A stretch of 64,000 nt of DNA from NCBI GenBank assembly GCA_965214475.1, contig OZ243953.1, positions 2,238,586 to 2,302,585 on the forward strand, in the 5' to 3' direction. The notes below the pieces were generated by a model. The model was not told the origin of the DNA. It did no database searches and saw only the letters and a program-made list of their open reading frames with translations. Shown in pieces: positions 9,397-18,898 of the stretch (the first letter of the stretch is position 1; every line of letters starts with the position of its first letter). A program made the position numbers and the translations under genes. The DNA is from Rubrobacteraceae bacterium. Lineage in GTDB: Bacteria > Actinomycetota > Rubrobacteria > Rubrobacterales > Rubrobacteraceae.

Positions 9397-9481
9397 ATAA
9401 AACCTTTCTCTTGTCAAAAAGGGACGGGCTCCGGTGAGAGCCCGTCCCGATGGAAACTTCTGCTCCTACAAGCTGCGGCTC

Positions 9482-10894
9482 TTAGCCTACGGAGCCTTCC
9501 ATCTCCAGTTGGATCAGGCGGTTCAGCTCGATGGCGTACTCCAGCGGAAGCTCCTTGGCTATCGGCTCGATGAAGCCGTTGACGACCATCGCGATCGCCG
9601 CTTCCTCAGAGAGCCCGCGGCTCATCAGGTAGAAGAGCTGGTCCTCGCCGACCTTCGAGACCGTGGCCTCGTGCTCGGTGTTGACCTTCTTCTCCTCGAT
9701 CTCGATGTACGGATACGTGTCCGTCCGTGCTTGCTCGTCAAGCAGCAGAGCGTCGCATTCGACCCGGCTCTTCGAGTCGTGGCAGCCCTCGTGAACCTTC
9801 AGGAGCCCGCGATAGGTGCTCCGGCCCGTCCCCTTGGAGATGGACTTGGAGGTGATTAGGCTCGAAGTGTTCGGCGCGGCGTGGACGACCTTGCCGCCCG
9901 CGTCCTGATGCTGGCCGTCGCCAGCGTAGGCTACGGAGAGGATCTCACCCCGCGCGCCCTCGCCGGTCAGGTAGACCGCCGGGTACTTCATCGTCAGCTT
10001 GGATCCCAGGTTTCCGTCAACCCACTCCACGGTGGCGTTCTCCTCGGCCACGGCCCGCTTGGTCACCAGGTTGTAGGTGTTGTGCGACCAGTTCTGGATG
10101 GTCGAGTACCGGATGCGGGCGCCCGGCTTGGCGATCAACTCTACTACCGCCGAGTGGAGCGAGTTCGTGGTGTACGTCGGGGCGGTGCAGCCCTCAATGT
10201 AGTGAACGTAGGAACCTTCGTCGGCGATGATGAGCGTCCGCTCGAACTGGCCCATGTTCTCCGCGTTAATGCGGAAGTACGCCTGCAGCGGGATGTCGAT
10301 GTGGACGCCCGGTGGGACGTAAACGAACGACCCGCCCGACCACACCGCACTGTTGAGCGCGGAAAACTTGTTGTCGTCGTAAGGGATGATGGTGCCGAAG
10401 TACTCGCGCACCAACTCTTCGTGCTCGCGAAGTCCCGAGTCCATGTCCATAAAGACGACGCCGGCCTTTTCCCACTCTTCTTTCAGTGAGTGGTAGACGA
10501 CCTCGGACTCGTACTGGGCTCCGACACCGGCGAGCGTCTCGCGCTCGGCCTGCGGGATACCCAGCTTCTCGAACGTGTTCTTGATGTCGTCCGGCACGTC
10601 GTCCCAGGAGCGACCCTGGTTCTCCATCGGCCGGATGTAGTAGTAGATCTCATCGAAGTCCAACTCCGAGAGGTCGCCGCCCCACTGCGGGGTTGCCTTC
10701 TCAAGGAAGGATTGCAGAGCCTTCAGCCGATATTCCAGCATCCACTCCGGCTCGTCCTTATGCTTGGAGATCATGGCGACGATCTCCGGGTCGATCCCCT
10801 TGCGCGGGGTCTTGAAGAAATACTCCTCCGGGTCGGAAAAGCCGTACTTGTACTCGTCTAACCCGAGCTCCTGGATTGTCTTGTCTTCGGGCAT
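9482..10894 (-). CDS. sufB: Fe-S cluster assembly protein SufB
   Basis: Product [19 protein letters not shown]... is a classic SufB. The ATG at 10894 was verified in sequence; the track start at 11002 overlaps sufC and was rejected. Confidence 0.95.
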   Translation of the reverse strand: MPEDKTIQELGLDEYKYGFSDPEEYFFKTPRKGIDPEIVAMISKHKDEPEWMLEYRLKALQSFLEKATPQWGGDLSELDFDEIYYYIRPMENQGRSWDDVPDDIKNTFEKLGIPQAERETLAGVGAQYESEVVYHSLKEEWEKAGVVFMDMDSGLREHEELVREYFGTIIPYDDNKFSALNSAVWSGGSFVYVPPGVHIDIPLQAYFRINAENMGQFERTLIIADEGSYVHYIEGCTAPTYTTNSLHSAVVELIAKPGARIRYSTIQNWSHNTYNLVTKRAVAEENATVEWVDGNLGSKLTMKYPAVYLTGEGARGEILSVAYAGDGQHQDAGGKVVHAAPNTSSLITSKSISKGTGRSTYRGLLKVHEGCHDSKSRVECDALLLDEQARTDTYPYIEIEEKKVNTEHEATVSKVGEDQLFYLMSRGLSEEAAIAMVVNGFIEPIAKELPLEYAIELNRLIQLEMEGSVG

Positions 10895-10919
10895 ACTTTG
10901 TCCCTTCCCTAGCTTTGCG

Positions 10920-11672
10920 TTAGCTCTGCGCGGCGGAGCCGAACTCCTGCCGCACCCAGTCGTATCCACGTTCCTCCAGCGTGTCCGCCAGCTCCTTTTC
11001 ACCCGAGGTCACGAGCCTGCCGTCGAGCATAACGTGTACGCGGTCCGGCTCAATGTACCGGAGAATCCGCTGGTAGTGGGTGATGATGACGGCGGAGAAC
11101 TCGGGGCTGCGCAGCTCGCTTACGCCTTTCGCCACAACCTGCAGGGCGTCGATGTCCAGTCCGGAATCGGTCTCGTCCATGATAGCGAGCTTCGGGTCGA
11201 GCATGAGCATCTGCAGGATCTCGTTCCGCTTCTTCTCGCCGCCGGAGAACCCTTCGTTCAGGTATCGCTCGGCGAACTTGGGGTCCATCTGCATGATCTT
11301 CATCTTCTCTTGGATGAGCCGGTACATATCCATCGGGGAGAGCTCTTCCTCCCGCACGGAGTTAACGGCGGTCCGCAGGAAGTTGGCGACGCTGACTCCC
11401 GGCACCTCGCTCGGGTATTGGAACGCCAGGAACATACCTAGCTTCGCCCGCTCGTCGGCCTCCAGTTCGAAAATATCCTCGTCCATGAAGGTGATAGAGC
11501 CGCCGGTTACGTCGTAACGGGGATGGCCCATCAGTACGTTCGAGAGCGTGCTCTTGCCGGAGCCGTTCGGACCCATGATCGCGTGGATCTCACCTTTTCC
11601 GACTTCCAGGTCGAGACCCTTGATGATCTCACTGCCGTCGATCTCTACTCTAAGATTCTCTATCTTTAGCAT
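10920..11672 (-). CDS. sufC: Fe-S cluster assembly ATPase SufC
   Basis: Walker [13 protein letters not shown] signature FSGGEKKR, Walker [13 protein letters not shown]. Confidence 0.95.
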   Translation of the reverse strand: MLKIENLRVEIDGSEIIKGLDLEVGKGEIHAIMGPNGSGKSTLSNVLMGHPRYDVTGGSITFMDEDIFELEADERAKLGMFLAFQYPSEVPGVSVANFLRTAVNSVREEELSPMDMYRLIQEKMKIMQMDPKFAERYLNEGFSGGEKKRNEILQMLMLDPKLAIMDETDSGLDIDALQVVAKGVSELRSPEFSAVIITHYQRILRYIEPDRVHVMLDGRLVTSGEKELADTLEERGYDWVRQEFGSAAQS

Positions 11673-11940
11673 TTAACCCCTGCCGTCTGAATATAAGACT
11701 TTGCTACAGTACGACTATTTAACCACAGCCCATACGACCTAACAACGGAACCAGATCACAACCAAGAACTTTTCCTGAAAACTCCAGGAAGCCGCATAAA
11801 TACGGGCATTTCTAGCCTGGCGCTTGTCCGCAAACGTCTAGTTGACAGTCGTTCGCAAAGGGCATCGACGAGAGGCTGCTTGTAACACTTTAGCGGGCTT
11901 ACGAGAGAGTTTATTGAGAAGGATTGTCAATAAGGGGATG

Positions 11941-12240
11941 TTACCGGTCGGACCTTTTCCAGTCTTCCATCTCGCGGTTTACGAAGTAGGAGATTAAATC
12001 TTTGTAGAGACCTTCGATCATGTCAGGGTCCAGGCTTTCTTCCTCAGCCCACCGGCGACGCTCTCCGAGCATCTTCTCTTGACGTTCCGGTGCTCGGACG
12101 CTCTCTTCGCCGGTCTTGAACCGGGCTGCCACCTCCACGTACCGGGCACGCCGCCCGATGAGGCCGACTATCTCCTTGTCAATGGCGTCTATAGCCTCGC
12201 GGACATTTTGGATGTTTTCGCAATTGTTGGGCGCTTTCAA
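11941..12240 (-). CDS. chorismate mutase (AroQ class)
   Basis: Product pattern REAIDAIDKEIVGLIGRRARYVEVAARFK...E. Overlaps the ygfZ-like stop by 4 nt. Confidence 0.75.
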   Translation of the reverse strand: MKAPNNCENIQNVREAIDAIDKEIVGLIGRRARYVEVAARFKTGEESVRAPERQEKMLGERRRWAEEESLDPDMIEGLYKDLISYFVNREMEDWKRSDR

Positions 12241-13253
12241 GACGGCAGAGGTGCGACGACCGCATCGCTAGCTGCGAGAGGCGATTCCAACTCAGCGTTG
12301 CGGTGCAGGTAACCAAGAGCCAGCGTTTCTCTCCCCACGAGCAGGGGCGCGACGCTGGTTATCTTGCCGACCTGTTTCCCGTTCTGGAAGATCGGGGTTC
12401 CGGTTGGAGGCGGCGTACCCCCTATCTTGAGGCGGTGTAACGCGCGGTTCGGGTGGCCCCGGTAGTACATCCGGGCGACGGTCTCCTGGCCGGGATAGCA
12501 GCCCTTCGCGAAGCTGACGGCCCGATCCAGAATTCCGGCCTCGGCGGGAAAATTCTCTGGCGTGAGCTCCGCCCCGAAGCGTGGGGTTCCAGACTCGACG
12601 CGGATGGTCTCGTAGGCCTGGAGGCCATCCGGCATCGCGCCCTCCGCCACGAGGTGTTCGCGAGCTTTCTGGAGAAGGTCGGTAGGACCGAGCAAGTCAT
12701 AACCCAGTACAGGATGCGAGACGCTTGCGGCGAGGACTGATACGCCGCCGACTTCTACCAAGGTAGTCTCGTGCTCTTTTAGATCCAAACCGCCGAGCAA
12801 CTCAGAGGCTCGGGGACCGTAGAGACCGAGAACGTCCCAGTCGGCTGGCCCTTCGAGCTTCACCCTTGAGAATGGAGCGTACCGGCCCAGGATCCTACGC
12901 GCGGCCTCTGCGCCTTCCGGCTCTGTGACGACCAGAACATCCTCTCCGCTCTTTAGTACGCGGAGATCGGTCTGCACGCGGCCTTTCGGGTCGAGGAGCA
13001 GGGCGTAGACGCCCTGGCCGCTCTCTTTCGGCACGTCGTTGGTCAGAATGGCGTTTAGCATTCCGATGGGGTCTTTGCCGGTAAGCCTGAGAATAGTCTG
13101 CAGGCGTTCCGTAGTGGCGGCACCGTCTTTTAGTGCGACGTACTCCGCCGCCGGGTCTCCGTAGTGGGCGGGGACTGGGCGTCCGGCTAAGCGGGTATAC
13201 TTCGCTTCGGCATGGGAGTGGTCGTTGGATGTAGAGCTTCCTAGTTTTTCCAT
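12237..13253 (-). CDS. folate-binding YgfZ / GcvT-like protein (Fe-S cluster maintenance)
   Basis: YgfZ signature KGCYPGQETVARM. GcvT-like N-terminal region. Confidence 0.8.
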   Translation of the reverse strand: MEKLGSSTSNDHSHAEAKYTRLAGRPVPAHYGDPAAEYVALKDGAATTERLQTILRLTGKDPIGMLNAILTNDVPKESGQGVYALLLDPKGRVQTDLRVLKSGEDVLVVTEPEGAEAARRILGRYAPFSRVKLEGPADWDVLGLYGPRASELLGGLDLKEHETTLVEVGGVSVLAASVSHPVLGYDLLGPTDLLQKAREHLVAEGAMPDGLQAYETIRVESGTPRFGAELTPENFPAEAGILDRAVSFAKGCYPGQETVARMYYRGHPNRALHRLKIGGTPPPTGTPIFQNGKQVGKITSVAPLLVGRETLALGYLHRNAELESPLAASDAVVAPLPS

Positions 13254-13295
13254 GCCGGTTATTTTAAGCCATGAATCGTTTGTAGGAGGTTAAGA

Positions 13296-13949
13296 GTGGT
13301 AAAGGCTGTGGTGCTCGACGTTGACGGCACGCTGATGGACACGAACTATTTGCACGTAGAAGCCTGGGCGCGGGCTCTGGAGGAGCTCGGACATCGGACA
13401 TCGCGGGTGGAGATCCACCCGAAGATCGGCAAGGGCTCGGGGTTACTCATCTCCGAGCTCGTGGGAAACGATGATGAGGCCGCGAACAAGGTAGACGAAT
13501 TGCATTCGGAGTACTACTCCGAGATGCAGAAACACGCCTACCCGCTACCCGGGGCGAGAGAGCTCATAGACTCGCTCTCCAAGCAGGACTACCAGGTCTG
13601 GCTCGCTACCAGCGCCGACCCGGAGGAATTGGAGTTCTCGATAGAAGCCCTGGAGGCTGAGGGCAAGCTCGCGGGCATCGTGAACTCTAGTGACGTAGAA
13701 GAGTCCAAGCCCGCCCCGGACATTTTCGGGCTGGCGCTGGAGCAAGCCGGCGTCGAGGCGCAGGACGCCGTCGCGGTGGGGGATGCGATCTGGGATGTAG
13801 AGTCCGCCAAGGCAGCCGGTGTTCGGGCGGTTGCGGTACTCACCGGTGGGGCGTTTAGCAAAGAGGATCTCAAAGAAGCCGGCGCCGTCGGAGTCTACGA
13901 AGACTGCGCGGAGTTGTTGGAGTCTGGGTTCCCGGAGTGGGTAAGGTAG
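13296..13949 (+). CDS. HAD family hydrolase (phosphatase)
   Basis: HAD motif I VVLDVDGTLMDT and motif IV GDAIWDVESAKAAG. Confidence 0.85.
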   Translation: MVKAVVLDVDGTLMDTNYLHVEAWARALEELGHRTSRVEIHPKIGKGSGLLISELVGNDDEAANKVDELHSEYYSEMQKHAYPLPGARELIDSLSKQDYQVWLATSADPEELEFSIEALEAEGKLAGIVNSSDVEESKPAPDIFGLALEQAGVEAQDAVAVGDAIWDVESAKAAGVRAVAVLTGGAFSKEDLKEAGAVGVYEDCAELLESGFPEWVR

Positions 13950-14098
13950 CTTTAGCGGAGCCGCTGTTACGGGGACCGACGTTTGTATTACAATTTCCTA
14001 CTGTAACTGGTAAGAAGACTGGACCCGGGAAGCGCTGCCCGTAAGTGTGAAGCGACATTCTTGGTTCGGGCCGGAAAGAAGAAAGGCGGGCGCTGTAT

Positions 14099-14305
14099 AT
14101 GGCCCAAGAAGGAACAGTAAAGTGGTTCAACGACGAGAAGGGCTACGGTTTTATCTCGCCGGACGATGGTAGTGAGGACGTTTTCGTCCACTACACCGGC
14201 ATACAGAGAGACGGGTTCAAGAGCCTGGACGAAGGCTCCAAGGTGACCTACGAGGTGACCCAGGGCCAGAAGGGGCCGCAGGCGGAGAGCGTCAGCCCCG
14301 CGTAG
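14099..14305 (+). CDS. cspA: cold-shock protein (CspA family)
   Basis: Product [28 protein letters not shown] carries the RNP1/RNP2 motifs. About 100 nt of leader lies after a TACAAT -10. Confidence 0.95.
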   Translation: MAQEGTVKWFNDEKGYGFISPDDGSEDVFVHYTGIQRDGFKSLDEGSKVTYEVTQGQKGPQAESVSPA

Positions 14306-14321
14306 CCTCCAGCCACAAGAA

Positions 14322-15455
14322 CTAAGTTCCGGGCGGCCTTTGCCTTTCAAGGGCCGCCCGGACCTCTTGGTAAACCCGAACTAGCGGAAGCCCTTTGTCC
14401 CTGGAAAGTCGTAGTGCGTCCGCATACTCAGGGGCCACGACGTAATCCTCACCATCCAGGCTTCCCACTTTCACCTGGCACTTACCGTATGGAAGATCCA
14501 CCTCGACGATACGCCGCTCGGCGACCGTCCGGCCCACCCAGAAATGCCGTACTCCCAGGGACCCGGTTTCGCGCATCAATAGCCGGACCAGCCGGTCGCG
14601 GTTCGCAGCTTGGACCAGGGCGCAGACCTTGTATGCCCCACGTCCCTGTTTCATGGTTATGGGCTCCAGCCAGGCGTCCAGGGCGCCCGCTTCTAAAAGA
14701 CTATCTACTGCAGCACCGAACAGTTCCCCCGGGGCATCGTCCACGTTCGCTTCGAGCAACGCTACTTCTCCCGCGGCACCTTCGGTCTCTCCAATTGCGG
14801 CGCGCAGCAGGTTGGGAACGCTATCGAAACGTGCATGGCCTGCCCCATAGCCGACCTCTCGGAGCAACATCGGGGGGGCGGCTTCGGTGAACTCGCCGCC
14901 GGTGAGGGCGTGCATTACGGCGGCGCCGGTGGGGGTGGTCATCTCGTGGGGCTCGTCAGTCCAGCGTACCTGCGAGCCCTTCAATACTTCCAGCGTCGCC
15001 GGTCCCGGAACCGGCAGGACACCGTGGGCGGCTTTGACCACGCCACTGCCCATCGGCAAAGGGCCACAGCTCACGGTGTCCACAGCTAGAAGCTCCAGGG
15101 CGAGGCAACTACCCACCACATCCACGATCGAGTCCACGGCCCCGACTTCGTGGAAAGTAACCTCTTCCGGCTTCTGTCCGTGAACCTTGCCCTCGGCGAC
15201 GGCCAGGCTTTGAAAAGCCTCCCGGGCTCTTTCGGCGGCCCGGCCCGGGATGGTGGAAGTTTCGATGAGGGTTTTTATGTCTGCGAAGGTTCGGTGTACG
15301 TGTTCTTCGGGATAGGAGATCTCTACCTGAATAGCTCCTACCCCGTTTATCTCTACCCGTTCGGTATGAAGCCCGAAAGGGATTCCGAGGGTCTCGAGAT
15401 TACGAGACAGTTCCTCTGGGGAAGCGCCGGCGGAGATAAGGCTAGCGAGGATCAT
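14322..15455 (-). CDS. larC: nickel-pincer cofactor biosynthesis protein LarC (DUF111 family)
   Basis: LarC-like over its length. The conserved N-terminal G-x-x-GDM motif lies upstream of the first ATG, so the true start is uncertain (possibly CTG at 15500). Confidence 0.85.
   Translation of the reverse strand: MILASLISAGASPEELSRNLETLGIPFGLHTERVEINGVGAIQVEISYPEEHVHRTFADIKTLIETSTIPGRAAERAREAFQSLAVAEGKVHGQKPEEVTFHEVGAVDSIVDVVGSCLALELLAVDTVSCGPLPMGSGVVKAAHGVLPVPGPATLEVLKGSQVRWTDEPHEMTTPTGAAVMHALTGGEFTEAAPPMLLREVGYGAGHARFDSVPNLLRAAIGETEGAAGEVALLEANVDDAPGELFGAAVDSLLEAGALDAWLEPITMKQGRGAYKVCALVQAANRDRLVRLLMRETGSLGVRHFWVGRTVAERRIVEVDLPYGKCQVKVGSLDGEDYVVAPEYADALRLSRDKGLPLVRVYQEVRAALERQRPPGT
14327..14361 (+). 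terminator. perfect 11-bp GC stem hairpin 22 nt after the cspA stop (overlaps the last larC codons on the other strand)
   Basis: TCCGGGCGGCC (14327-14337) pairs with GGCCGCCCGGA (14351-14361) around a 13-nt loop. The U-tract is weak. Confidence 0.45.
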
Positions 15456-15516
15456 GTCGCCAGCCGCGCCGCCGACCGGTTGAAAGTGAACGTGCGTCAG
15501 GCGGGTTGTCTAATCT

Positions 15517-15858
15517 CTAGTCGTCGGAGGCCGCTTTGCGCCCTACCGCCAGGACAAAGAACATCACGATGGCGAGCACAACGGCAAGTATGACCATGGG
15601 ACGGGGATCGCTTTTGACAGCGTTGGTGAGGGCCGAGGGGTCACGTTTCTGTCCGGCTTCCTTCGCCTTGTCCGCCTGGTATTTGGCGGAGCCTAAGAGA
15701 CCCCGGCCGAAACTTACGAGCGACTCCGTGACGCGCCTCTTGGCCTTGTTGCCGACGGCCTGGGGGCTAACGTGTTGCTTGAGGTCCCTAACGTCCGGTG
15801 CCATCTTGCTTCGGAGTTCGAACATCTCCCTTTCCATGCGCTCTGGTATCTCGGTCAT
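15517..15858 (-). CDS. DUF3618-like protein with C-terminal membrane anchor
   Basis: Charged N-terminal region followed by the single TM MVILAVVLAIVMFFVLAV. 4-nt overlap with the upstream gene. Confidence 0.6.
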   Translation of the reverse strand: MTEIPERMEREMFELRSKMAPDVRDLKQHVSPQAVGNKAKRRVTESLVSFGRGLLGSAKYQADKAKEAGQKRDPSALTNAVKSDPRPMVILAVVLAIVMFFVLAVGRKAASDD

Positions 15859-16301
15859 GACTTGAACTGTCCCTTCACCCAGTTAACGTTCTGCTGGAAT
15901 GTCCTTATGGTGTGGTGCGGTTTGGGATCGAGGCTACCAAGCATTCCGGCTCCGGCTCCCGCGAGTATGCCGCCGATTATGAGCAGTATGACGGTGATAA
16001 TGCCCGCCGCCGCCCACAGCGGAAAGCCCGCCGCTTCCATTATGTACATCCCGCTCAAGAAAAAGAATATCAGGAAGAAAAGCAGGAAGACCGCACCCAC
16101 CGCCAACAACCCTATAGCGACCCCGGCCTTTTTGCCGACCGGCGCCAACTCCGACTTGGCTAACTCTACCTGCTTGTTGGTGAGCTCCTGAATCTGGGGC
16201 TTCAGGACATCTATTATCTCCGATATACTGCGGTCGGAGGGTTCAGGACCCTGGTGGAGTTCTTGGGAGAACTCTTCTACCCGTTCTCTTTGGTCTGTCA
16301 C
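15855..16301 (-). CDS. actinobacterial Holin-X / phage-holin-family-like membrane protein
   Basis: Two central TM helices between an amphipathic N-terminal part and a short tail. This arrangement typically pairs with DUF3618. Confidence 0.6.
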   Translation of the reverse strand: MTDQRERVEEFSQELHQGPEPSDRSISEIIDVLKPQIQELTNKQVELAKSELAPVGKKAGVAIGLLAVGAVFLLFFLIFFFLSGMYIMEAAGFPLWAAAGIITVILLIIGGILAGAGAGMLGSLDPKPHHTIRTFQQNVNWVKGQFKS

Positions 16302-16515
16302 TAACGCTCCTTTCTCTACTATAGAACCTAAATGTCAGTCTCTTAGTTACCCCTACAGTCCGTCACCTAATCTTCCAAAAACCCCTCTGAGAGTGCGACG
16401 TACGCTGTTTCTATTTTCGTATCCAAGATAGCATAAAGCACGCGACACTACCTCGTCTAGGTTAGTATGTACTTTCTAGGGGGGTCGGCGAATTCTAAAG
16501 GCGTAGGAGGACGTT

Positions 16516-17262
16516 TTGAAGTTGTATGCGGCGCTGGGAATCTCTGCCGGAGACGTTGTCGCATTCGCCGGCGCGGGTGGGAAGTCCGGCGCGATCTTGG
16601 CGCTGTCCCGCGAGTTGAAACAGGACGGTGTTACTGCTCTCATAGTTCCCACGACCAAGATGTTCTTGAAGGAAGCGGAAGAGGCCGGGCCGCTCGTAAC
16701 TTCCGAAAATGCTAAAGAACTCGGCGGACTGATCAAAGAAGCCTTCTCGGGCTCGGACACTGTAGTCGCCGGAAGAGACTTGCTCTCCAAAAAGCGTGTA
16801 GAGGGCGTGGATCCGGGCTGGATCTCCCGGCTGGCTCCGCTCGCCGACGTCACCCTCGTGGAAGCCGATGGCTCGCGCCGCCGGCCACTAAAAGGAACCG
16901 CCTCACACGAACCGGCTCTGCCCGAAGCTGCCACCCTGGTAGTCGGTGTCGGCAACGTAGAGGCCCTGGGCAAACCGCTCAACGAAGAGTACGTCCATAG
17001 GCCGAAGTTGCTGGCGGATCTGACCGGCCTCGGAGCCGGACAGAGCATAACCGCGCGAGCCTTCGCCCGGGCCCTGTCCCAAGGTACGCTCGGCAAAGTG
17101 CCCCCCGGCGCGAGGAGATCCGTCCTGATAACCGGCGTCAAACCCGGAAGAAGCATGGCCGACGCGGCCGTGATCACCCGCGAACTCTGGCGCCTCGGAA
17201 TAGATAAGGTACTACTCACCTCTCTACCCTCGGAAAATCCACCCCAAGTCTGGCTCCCCTGA
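16516..17262 (+). CDS. yqeC: YqeC-like selenium-dependent hydroxylase accessory protein
   Basis: Motifs AFAGAGGKSGAILAL and LVEADGSRRRPLK...HEPALP. TTG start follows GTAGGAGGA. Confidence 0.75.
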   Translation: MKLYAALGISAGDVVAFAGAGGKSGAILALSRELKQDGVTALIVPTTKMFLKEAEEAGPLVTSENAKELGGLIKEAFSGSDTVVAGRDLLSKKRVEGVDPGWISRLAPLADVTLVEADGSRRRPLKGTASHEPALPEAATLVVGVGNVEALGKPLNEEYVHRPKLLADLTGLGAGQSITARAFARALSQGTLGKVPPGARRSVLITGVKPGRSMADAAVITRELWRLGIDKVLLTSLPSENPPQVWLP

Positions 17263-17274
17263 ACTACAAAAGAC

Positions 17275-17303
17275 TTGACCCCGACGTAAAAAGTTTGTAT
17301 AAT
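17275..17303 (+). promoter_or_regulatory. sigma-70-type promoter TTGACC-17-TATAAT upstream of the GntR gene
   Basis: TTGACC at 17275-17280, TATAAT at 17298-17303, spacer exactly 17 nt. Confidence 0.55.
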
Positions 17304-17340
17304 TGTATTGTTAATATAAAACAAATCAGAGGGATTATAC

Positions 17341-17745
17341 ATGGCGGCGTTGTGGTTGAAGGTGGATACGAAGAGCGGGGTGCCGATCTACGTGCAGATC
17401 GTGGACCAGGTTCAGCACGCCGTAGAGGTAGGAAGTCTGGAGGCTGGAGACCGGCTACCGACGGTGCGGGCTCTGGCGAAAGAGCTGACCGTTGCACCGA
17501 ACACGATCGTCAAGGCCTACAACGAGTTGCAGCGGTCGGGCCTTATAGAGAGCCGTCCCGGGGTGGGAACCGTGGTCGCCGAGAGTGTAGGAGACGTGGC
17601 GCGTGAGCGCCGGGTGGAGGCCCTAAACGAACGGTTGGCCGTGCTCGTGCGTGACGCAGTTGGGATGGGAGTTACGGAGGACGAGCTGTGGGAGCGCTTC
17701 GACGCTGAGTTCGAGCGCATGAGCTCGCAAGCAGGTCGCGGGTAG
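17341..17745 (+). CDS. GntR family transcriptional regulator (YtrA-like, short)
   Basis: wHTH region PIYVQIVDQVQHAVEVGSLEAGDRLPTVRALAKELTVAPNTIVKAYNEL. Confidence 0.85.
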   Translation: MAALWLKVDTKSGVPIYVQIVDQVQHAVEVGSLEAGDRLPTVRALAKELTVAPNTIVKAYNELQRSGLIESRPGVGTVVAESVGDVARERRVEALNERLAVLVRDAVGMGVTEDELWERFDAEFERMSSQAGRG

Positions 17746-17842
17746 GCAAAATGGAAGAATTGGCCGATCGTAGAACAGGGATAATCTGTGTCGCACGTAA
17801 TACTAGGAGGCACGTCGCCTGAGCCGGTAAACTCTCACCAGC

Positions 17843-18772
17843 ATGTCTGGAGAAAGAAACGCCGACGGACGCTTTGCGCCAAGTCCTACAGGATCTCTGC
17901 ACCTTGGGAACCTGCGGACTGCACTTCTGGCATGGTTGTTTGCCCGTTCGGCAGGAGCACGCTTTCTGGTGCGGATGGAGGATCTCGACCGCTCACGGGT
18001 GCGTCCGGGTTTGGAAGAGGCGCAACTCACAGATCTCCAGTCTTTGGGACTCGAATGGGACGATCCGGTCGTGCGCCAGTCCGAGCGCATGGAGTTGTAC
18101 GAGGAAGCTATCTCACGGCTCGACGCTGACGGGCATCTGTATCCTTGCTATTGTACCCGCGCCGAAATCCGGGCTGCGGTCTCTGCGCCGCACGGTATCT
18201 CGGCCGCCGACCGCTACCCGGGCACCTGCCGCGAACTAACAGCGAAAGAGCGTTCCGACCGCGAGGCTGCCGGACGGCCTCCCGCTTTGCGAGTGCGGGC
18301 TGAGGGGACTATCCTGGCTTTCGAGGACAGGGTTCTCGGGCGACAAGAGGGAGAAGTGGACGATTTCGTAGTCCGGCGCAACGACGGCACACCTGCCTAC
18401 CAGCTTGCCGTGGTCGTGGATGATGCGGACCAGGGGATAGGCGAGGTGGTGCGGGGAAATGACCTGATCGACTCCACGCCCCGGCAGCTTCTGCTTGCCC
18501 GGCTACTGGGTTTGCCGGTTCCCATCTACGCCCACGTGCCGCTCGTGCTCGGCCCCAACGGACAACGACTAGCCAAGCGGCACGGTTCGGTGACGCTCGC
18601 GGAGCGTGCGTCTCTCGGGGAAAGTCCGCGGGAAATCCGTGATTGGATGGCCCAAACTCTCGGCCTCGCCAAAACTGGGGAGAACCTTACGCTCGAAGAG
18701 TTGCTCGCCCGCTTAGATCCCACGAAATTGCCGAAAGAGCCCACCGTTTGGTCTGCGGAATCTTCCTCGTAA
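17843..18772 (+). CDS. gluQ: tRNA glutamyl-Q(34) synthetase GluQRS
   Basis: Product RFAPSPTGSLHLGNLRTALLAW, a truncated GluRS catalytic domain. Contains the CYC...C Zn site and the KRHG (KMSKS-like) motif. Confidence 0.9.
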   Translation: MSGERNADGRFAPSPTGSLHLGNLRTALLAWLFARSAGARFLVRMEDLDRSRVRPGLEEAQLTDLQSLGLEWDDPVVRQSERMELYEEAISRLDADGHLYPCYCTRAEIRAAVSAPHGISAADRYPGTCRELTAKERSDREAAGRPPALRVRAEGTILAFEDRVLGRQEGEVDDFVVRRNDGTPAYQLAVVVDDADQGIGEVVRGNDLIDSTPRQLLLARLLGLPVPIYAHVPLVLGPNGQRLAKRHGSVTLAERASLGESPREIRDWMAQTLGLAKTGENLTLEELLARLDPTKLPKEPTVWSAESSS

Positions 18773-18898
18773 CCACTCGCTCTTTCCGCCTGGGTAACAG
18801 GAGCAGAAAAAGGAACGGAGCTTCGGGCTCATTCTGTGGTAATTTTCTCCTACGTTGGGAAATCAGCGCACTCGAAGGTTCTAGCAAGGGGAAATCCT

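Noticed and set aside
10895-11002. Upstream extension of sufB to 11002
   Set aside because: It would overlap the sufC 3' end by 83 nt and encodes R/W-rich sequence. SufB homology begins at MPEDKT (10894).
16476-17342. 288-aa minus-strand ORF covering the yqeC locus
   Set aside because: It is antisense to a gene with clear family motifs. The product is S/P/R/A-rich low-complexity sequence, typical of the off-strand of high-GC coding DNA.
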